From: the human T2T-CHM13v2.0 reference genome, Homo sapiens
DNA: 64,000 nucleotides
Direction: 5' to 3' (one strand)
NCBI RefSeq assembly: GCF_009914755.1
Contig: NC_060925.1
In this document: positions 53,301 to 64,000 of the stretch, one piece after another
How positions within the stretch are numbered: the stretch's first letter is position 1
Layout of the letters: each line of letters begins with the position of its first letter
Made by a program: the position numbers and the translations under genes
The notes under the pieces: generated by a model
The model's database searches: none
What the model saw: the letters and a program-made list of their open reading frames with translations, nothing else
What the model was told of the DNA's origin: nothing

Positions 53301-56300
53301 TGTGTCCAGGAATTTATCCATTTCCTCTAGATCTTCTAGTTTATTTGCATAGATGTGTTTATAGTATTCTTTGATGGTAGTTTGTATTTCTGTGGGATTG
53401 GTGGTGATATCCCCTTTATCATTTTTTATTGCGTCTATTTGATTCTTCTCTCTTTTCTTCTTTATTAGTCTGGCTAGCGGTTTATCCATTTTGTTGATCT
53501 TTTCAAAAAAACCAGCTCCTGGATTCATTGATTTTTTTTGAAGGGTTTTTCGTGTCTCTATCTCCTTCAGCTCTGCTCTGATCTTAGTTATTTCTTCTGC
53601 TAGCTTTTGAATTTGTTTGCTCTTGCTTCCCAAGTTCTTTTAATTGTGATGTTAGGGTGTCAATTTTAGATCTTTCCTGCTTTCTCTTGTGGGCATTTTG
53701 TGCTGTAAATTTCCCTCTACACACTGCTTTAAATGTGTCCCAGAGATTCTGGTACATTATGTCTTTTTCTCATTGGTTTCAAAGAAGATCTTTATTTCTG
53801 CCTTAATTTTCTTACTTACCCAGTAGTCATTCAGGAGCAGGTTATTCAGTTTCCATTGGTTGTGCAGTTTTGAGTGAGTTTCTTAATCCTGAGTTCTAAT
53901 TTGATTGCACTGTGGTCTGAGAGACTGTTATGATTTCTGTTCTTTTGCATTTGCTGAGCAGTGTTTTACTTCCAATTATGTGGTCAATTTTAGAATAAAT
54001 GAGATGACGTGCTGAGAAGAATGTATACTCTGTTAATTTGGGGTGGAGAGTTCTGTAGATGTCTGCTAGGTCCGCTTGGTCTAGAGCTGAGTTCAAGTCC
54101 CTGAATATCCATGTTAATTACATGTCTCATTTATCTGTCTAATATTGACAGTGGGTTGTTAAAGTCTCCCATTATTGTTGTGTGGGGGTCTAAGTGTCTT
54201 TGTAGGTCTGTAAGAACTTGCTTTATGAATCTGGGTGCTCCTGTATTGGGTGCATATATATTTAGGATAGTTAGCTGTTCTTGTTGCATTGATCCCTTTA
54301 CCATTATGTAATGGCCTTTTTTTGTCTCTTTTGATCTTTGTTGGTTTAAAGTCTGTTTTATCAGAGATTAGGACTGCAACTCCTGCTTCTTCTTTTTTTT
54401 TTTTTTTTTTTGCTTTCCATTTGCTTGGTAAATATTCCTCCGTCCCTTTATTTTGAGCCTATGTATGTCTTTTCACGTGAGATGGGTCTCCTGAATACAG
54501 CATAGTGATGGGTCTTGACTCTTTATCCAATTTGCCAGTCTGTGTCTTTTAATGGGGGCATTTAGCCCATTTACATTTAAGGTTAATATTGTTATGTGTG
54601 AATTTGATCCTGACATTATGATGTTAGCTGATTATTTTGCCCATTAGTTGATGCAGCTTCTTTATAGTGTTGACGGGCTTTACAATTTGATATGTTTTTG
54701 CAGTGGCTGGTACTGGTTGTTCCTTTCCATATTTAGTGCTTCCTTCAGGAGGTCTTGTAAGGCAGGCCTGGTGGTGACAAAGTCTCTCAGCATTTGCTTG
54801 TCTATAATGGATTTTATTTCTCCTTTACTTATGAAGCTTAGTTTGGCTGGATATGAAATTCTGGGTTGAAAATTTTTTTCTTTAAGAATGTTGAATATTG
54901 GCCCCCACTCTCTTTTGGCTTGTAGGGTTTCTGCAGAGACAGCTGCTCTTTGTCTGATGGGCTTCCCTTTGTGGGTAACCCGACCTTTCTGTCTAGCTGC
55001 CCTTAACATTTTTTCCTTCATTTCAACCTAGGTGAATCTGACGATTATGTGTCTGACGATTATGTGTCTTGCCCTTCTTAAGGAGTATCTTTGTGGTGTT
55101 CTCTGTATTTCCTGAATTTGAATGTTGGCCTGTCTTGCTAGGTTGGAGAAGTTCTCCTGGATAATATCCTGAAGAGTGTTTTCCAACTTGGTTCCATTCT
55201 CCCCATCACTTTCAGGTACACCAATCAAATGTAGATTTGGTCTTTTCACATAGTTCCATGTTTCTTGGAGGCTTTGTTCATTCCTTTTTATTCTTTTTTC
55301 TCTAATCTTGTCTTCTTGCTTTGTATCATTAAGTTGATCTTCAATCTCATATCCTTTCTTCCACTTGATCGATTTGGCTCTTGATACTTGTGTATGCTTC
55401 ACGAAGTTCTTGTGCTATGTTTTTCAGCTCCATCAGGTCATTTATATTCTCCTCTAAAGTGGTTATTCTAGGTAGCAATTCATCTAACCTTTTTTCAAGG
55501 TTCTTAGCTTCCTTGCATTGGGTTAGAACATGCTTCTTTAGCTCGGAGGAGTTTATTATTACCCACCTTCTGAAGCGTACTTCTGTCAGTTCATCAAACT
55601 CATTCTCTGTCCAGTTTTGTTCCCTTGCTGGCGAGGAGTTGTGATCCTTTGGAGGAGAAGTGGCATTCTGGTTTTTGGAATTTTCAGCCTTTTTGTGCTG
55701 GTTTCTCCCTATCTTTGTGGATTTATCTACCTTTGGTCTTTGATGTTGGTGACCTTCGGATGGGGTCTCTGAGTGGACATGCTCTTCCTTTCTGTTTGTT
55801 AGTTTTCCTTCTAACAGTCGGACCCCTCTGCTGCAGGTCTGCTGGAGTTTGCAGGAGGTCCACTCCAGACCCTGTTTGCCTGGGTATCACCAGCGGAGGC
55901 TGCAGAACAGCAAAGATTGCTGCCTGTTCTTTCCTCTGGAAGCTTTGTCCCAGAGGGGCACCTGCCAGATGCCAGCCAGAGCTCTCCTGTATGAGGTGTC
56001 TGTCAGCCCCTACTGGGAGGTATCTCCCAGTCAGGATACATGGGGGTCATCGACCCACTGAAGGCGGCAGTCTGACCCTTAGCAGAGCCTGAACGCTGTG
56101 CTGAGAGATCTCCTTCTCTCTTCAGAGCCATCAGGCAGGCACATTTAAGTCTGCTGAAGCTGTGCCCACAGCTGCCCCTTCCCCCAAGTGCTCTGTCCCA
56201 GGGAGATGGGGGTTTTATCTATAAGTCCCTGACTGGGGCTGCTGCCTTTTTTTCAGAGATGCCCTGCCCAGAGAGGAGAAATCTGGCAGTCTGGCCACAG

Positions 56301-57036
56301 TGGCCTTGCTGAGCTGCCATGGGCTCTGCCCAGTTTGAACTTCCCAGCGGCTTTGTTTACACTGTGAGGGTAAAACCACCTACTCAAGCCTCAGCAATGG
56401 CGGATGTCCCTCCCCACACCAAGCTTGAGTGTCCCAGGTCGACCTCAGACTGCTTCTGTGCTGGCAGCGAGGATTTCAAACCAGTGGATCTTAGTTTGCT
56501 GGGCTCCGTTGGGGTGGGACCTACCGAGCCAGACTACTTGGCTCCCTGGCTTCAGCCCCCTTTCCAGGGGAGTGAATGGTTCTGTCTCACTGGCGTTCCA
56601 GATGCCACTGGGGTATGGGGAAAAAAAAAAAAACAAAAAACCTCCTGCAGCTGGTTCAGTGTCTGCCCAAATGGCCGCCCAGTTTTGTGCTTGAAACCTA
56701 GGGCCCTGGAGAGGTAGGCACCAGAGGGAATCTCCTGGTCTGCGGGTTGTGAAGACTGTCGGAAAAGTGCAGTATCTGGGCCGGAGTGCACAGTTCCTCA
56801 GGTTCAGTCCCTCATGGCTTCCCTTGGGTAGGGGAGAAAATTCCCTGACTCCTTGCACTTCTCGATCGAGGCGACACCCCACCCTGCTTCGGCTCACCCT
56901 CCGTGAGCTGCACCCACCGTCCAAGCAGTCCCAGTGAGAAGAACCAGGTACCTCAGTTGGAAATGCAGAAATCACCCACCTTCTGTGTCGATCTCGCTGG
57001 GAGCTGCAGACTGGAGCTGTTCCTATTCGGCCATCT
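50331..57036 (-). mobile_element. Near full-length primate L1 (L1PA6-8 era, probably L1PA7) with disrupted ORF1 and ORF2
   Basis: 5'UTR start agatggccgaataggaacagctcc at 57036; ORF1 fragments (NEQSLQE..., MKEKMLRAAR...); ORF2 EN/RT/C-terminal fragments ([40 protein letters not shown]); 3'UTR and tail. Many frameshifts. Confidence 0.95.
50340..50603. repeat. AT-only expanded tract in the L1 3' terminus
   Basis: About 260 bp of A/T with repeated atataatatatattatat and atataaataat blocks. Confidence 0.95.
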
Positions 57037-57091
57037 AATAGGTGATATGTTTTTATCGCTGTATGACATCACTGGTTTTAAGGAATTTTAA

Positions 57092-57586
<495 letters not shown>

Positions 57587-58189
57587 TAAGTTTCTGTGTG
57601 AACATATGTTTTCATTTCTCTCGGGTATATTCTTAGGAGTGGAATTGCTGGGTCATATGGTATTTCTGAGTGTCACTTTCTGAAAAACTGCCAGACTATT
57701 TTCCACAGAGACAGCACCATTTTACATTCTCACCAGCAGTGTATGAAGGTTCTGATTCCTCCACGCTCCTAGCACTTGTTATCTGACTTTTTGATTCTAG
57801 ATATCATAATGTGTATTAAATGATATCTCCTTTTGGCTTCTGATGTATATTTCTCTGATGACTAAGTTTGTCGAGGATCTTTTTGTGTGCTTAGTGGTCA
57901 TTTGTATATCCTCTTTGGAGAAATGTCTGTTCACATCCTTTGTCCATTTTTAAACTGGGTTGTCTTTTTATTATTGAATTGTAAGAGTTCTTTATATGTT
58001 TTAAATATACTCTTAAGTCCCTTGTCAGGTATATGATTTGCACATATTTTCTCTCATTCTGTAGCTGTCTTTTCACTTTCTTGATTGGTATCCTTTGAAG
58101 CACAAAAGCTTTTACTTTTGTCCACTGTATTTATCTTTTGTTGCTCGTGTTCTGGTGTCATACCCAAGAACCCTTTGCCACATCGTATA

Positions 58190-58492
58190 CTGATGGTCCC
58201 TGATTTACAACAGTTCAACTTACAATTTTTCAACTTTACAGATGGTGTGAAAGCAGGACACATTCAGTAGAAACTATAATTGAAATTTTGAATTTTTTAA
58301 TCTTTTCCTAGGCTAACAATATGGGGTATGATAATCTCTCAAGATGTATAGAGCAGTGAGGCACAGCTCTCAGTCAGCCATGCGATCATAGGGGTCAACA
58401 ACTGATACTCTATGGTGTGTATTTTTTATTTGTTTTCAACTTACAATGAGTTTATCAGAATGTAACCTCATCATAATTTTGAGAAGCATCTG
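58190..58492 (-). mobile_element. MER47-like (TcMar-Tigger)
   Basis: TA-ctgatggtccctgatttac ... gagaagcatctg-TA termini. Confidence 0.75.
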
Positions 58493-59214
58493 TATTTGCC
58501 CCTGAAAACTTGCCCCTATATTTTTTTCTAAGAGTTTTGTAGTTTTTGTTCTTACATTTGGTCTTTAATACATTTTGAGTTATTTTTTGTATATGGTGTG
58601 AGATAAGGATCCAACTTCATTCTTTTGCGCGTGGCTCATAGGTATTCTTAAACTATTAAAAAGAGTAAATTTTAAGGCAATCCACCTTGTGTTAGTTCCA
58701 CTTTGCTCCTTATGTTTGGCTGCAATTAGTCTTAGCAAAGCAGGAATTCACATTTAGATAGCCGTCATGTGGCCACCTCTGTTCATGTTCTATTAACTTT
58801 TAAATAGGTCACTGATGTTAAGAACAATGATGTCAAAACATATGCCTGATTTGGTGTACCATATAATCTAGTTCTGATCTTGTTTAGGCTTTCCTGACAA
58901 AGACAACTTTACTTTTTAGAAGCTGCTGGCAGAAAAGGCTTTTCAAACCCCAACAGTCATCCCAGGGCAGCTGTGATACTGAAAACTGGCAATGACCTCT
59001 AGGGTGTACCTGAGACCAGTCATTGGAAATTTTTTGAGAGGTAAACTCAGTTTGGGGGCAGAAACAGGATGAAATGATTATAGAGGCAGGAGATGGAAAT
59101 GGGATGAGAAATCCTCCCCAAATGATTTCACCATTGTTATGACTGCTCTCATGATTTATATCCAAATTGAACTATCTACTTTATTCTGGCTAATTTGGGC
59201 ATCATCTAGCTTTT

Positions 59215-60365
59215 AAAAATTTTTTTGTAGGTACATAGATAATAGGTGTGTATATTTATGGGGTACATGAGATGTTTTGATACAGGCATGATGATTATTT
59301 CACATCATGGAGAATGGTGTCTCCATCCCAAGCATTTATCCTTTGTTTTACAAACAATCCAATCACACTCTTTTAGTTATTTTAAAATGTACAGTTATTA
59401 TTGACTATATAGTCCACCCTGTTGTTAGTGCTATCAAATAGTAAGTCTTATTCATTCACTAAAATTCTTTTTTTTTTTTTCCCCATTAACCATACTCTCC
59501 CCCCGCCACTACCCTTCCCAGCCTCTGGCAACCATCCTTCTCCTCTCTGTGTCCATGAGTTCAATTGTTTGAGTTTAGATCCCACAAATAAGTGAGAACA
59601 TGCGATGTTTGTCTGTGTCTGGCTTATTTCACTTAACATAATCATCTCCAGTTCATCCATGTTGTTCCAAATTACTGGATTTCATTCTTTTTTATGGCTG
59701 AGTGGTACCCCATTCTGTATATGTTCCACATTTTCTTTATCCATTCATCTGCTGATGAACACTTAGGTTGCTTCCAAAGCTTAGCTATTGTGAACAGTGC
59801 TGCAACAAACACAGGATTGCAGATATCTCTTCAATATCCTGATTTCCCTTCTTTTGGGTAGATACCAGCAGTGGGATTGCTGGATCATGTGGTAGCTCAA
59901 TTTTTATTTTTGAGGAACTGCCAAACTGTTCTCCATAGTGGTTGTACTAATATACATTCTCACCAACAGTGTTCAAGGGTTCCCTTTTCTCCACATCCTT
60001 GCCAGCGTTTGTTACTGCCTTTTAGATATAAGCGATTATAACTGCAGTGAGGTAATATCTCACTGTAGTTTTGATTTGCATTTCTCTGATGATCATTGAT
60101 GAACACTTTTTGATATGCCTGTTTGCCATCTGTATGTTGCCTTTCGAGAAATGTCTGTTCAAATCTTTTGCCCATTTTTAATTTTGATTACTACACCTTT
60201 TCCTAATATTCTGGTTGTTAATCCCTTGTCAGATGGGTAGTTTGCAAATATTTTCTCCCATTCTGTGGGTTGTCTTGACTTTGTTGTTTCTTTTACTGTG
60301 CAAAAGCTTTTAACTTGATATGATCCTATTTTTCCATTTTGCTTTGGTTGCTTGTAGGATATTGC
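59215..60365 (-). mobile_element. L1MA-type 3' fragment
   Basis: gtaggtacatag...tatggggtacatgagatgttttgatacaggcatg 3' terminus plus ORF2 C-terminal remnants. Confidence 0.85.
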
Positions 60366-60377
60366 TCATGAATTCAT

Positions 60378-60683
60378 TTATTTTTATTTTTATTTATTTT
60401 TGAGATGGAGTCTTGCTCTGTTGCCCAGGCTGGAGTACAGTAGCATGATCTTGGCTTACTGCAATCTCTGCTTTCTGGGTTCAAGTGATTCTCCTGCGTC
60501 AGCCTCCTGAGTAGCTGGGACTACAGGCATGAGCTACCACACCCAGCTAATTTTTGTATTTTTGGTATAGATGGGTCTTCACCGTGTTGGCCAGCCTGGT
60601 CTCGAACTCCTGACCTCAAGTCATCCACCTGCCTCAGCCTCCCAAAGTGCTGGGATTACAGGCATGAGCCACTGTGCGTGGCC
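60378..60683 (-). mobile_element. AluS
   Basis: Alu consensus. Confidence 0.93.
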
Positions 60684-60699
60684 AAGAATTAATATTATT

Positions 60700-64000
<3,301 letters not shown>

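Noticed and set aside
50799-55402. L1 ORF1/ORF2 as an active element
   Set aside because: Fragmented by many stops and frameshifts.

Overview
Human genomic DNA containing the CpG-island promoter and coding exons 1-5 (codons 1-322) of GPR137B/TM7SF1 on the + strand. This is a lysosomal 7-TM GPCR-like protein; its C-terminal exons lie beyond the window. All five exons were located by GT-AG boundaries and join in frame. Most of the rest is transposon-derived: a decayed ERVL-class provirus upstream, about 40 Alus, a complete sense-oriented THE1A element in intron 1, Tigger/MER/MADE1 DNA elements, and antisense L1s in intron 5 including a near full-length L1PA. I cannot support a new multi-gene system; nearly all track ORFs are repeat or GC artefacts. 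The best leads are cis-regulatory and untested: (1) a uORF whose TGA overlaps the main ATG; (2) a CCAAT/M-box/ETS cluster next to a TCT/5'TOP-like tract; (3) a 13-unit CAGGT(G/A) array after exon 2; (4) the THE1A LTRs. Several unusual retrotransposition scars are also visible. Repeat subfamily names come from recalled consensus sequences, not a database search, and repeat boundaries are approximate.
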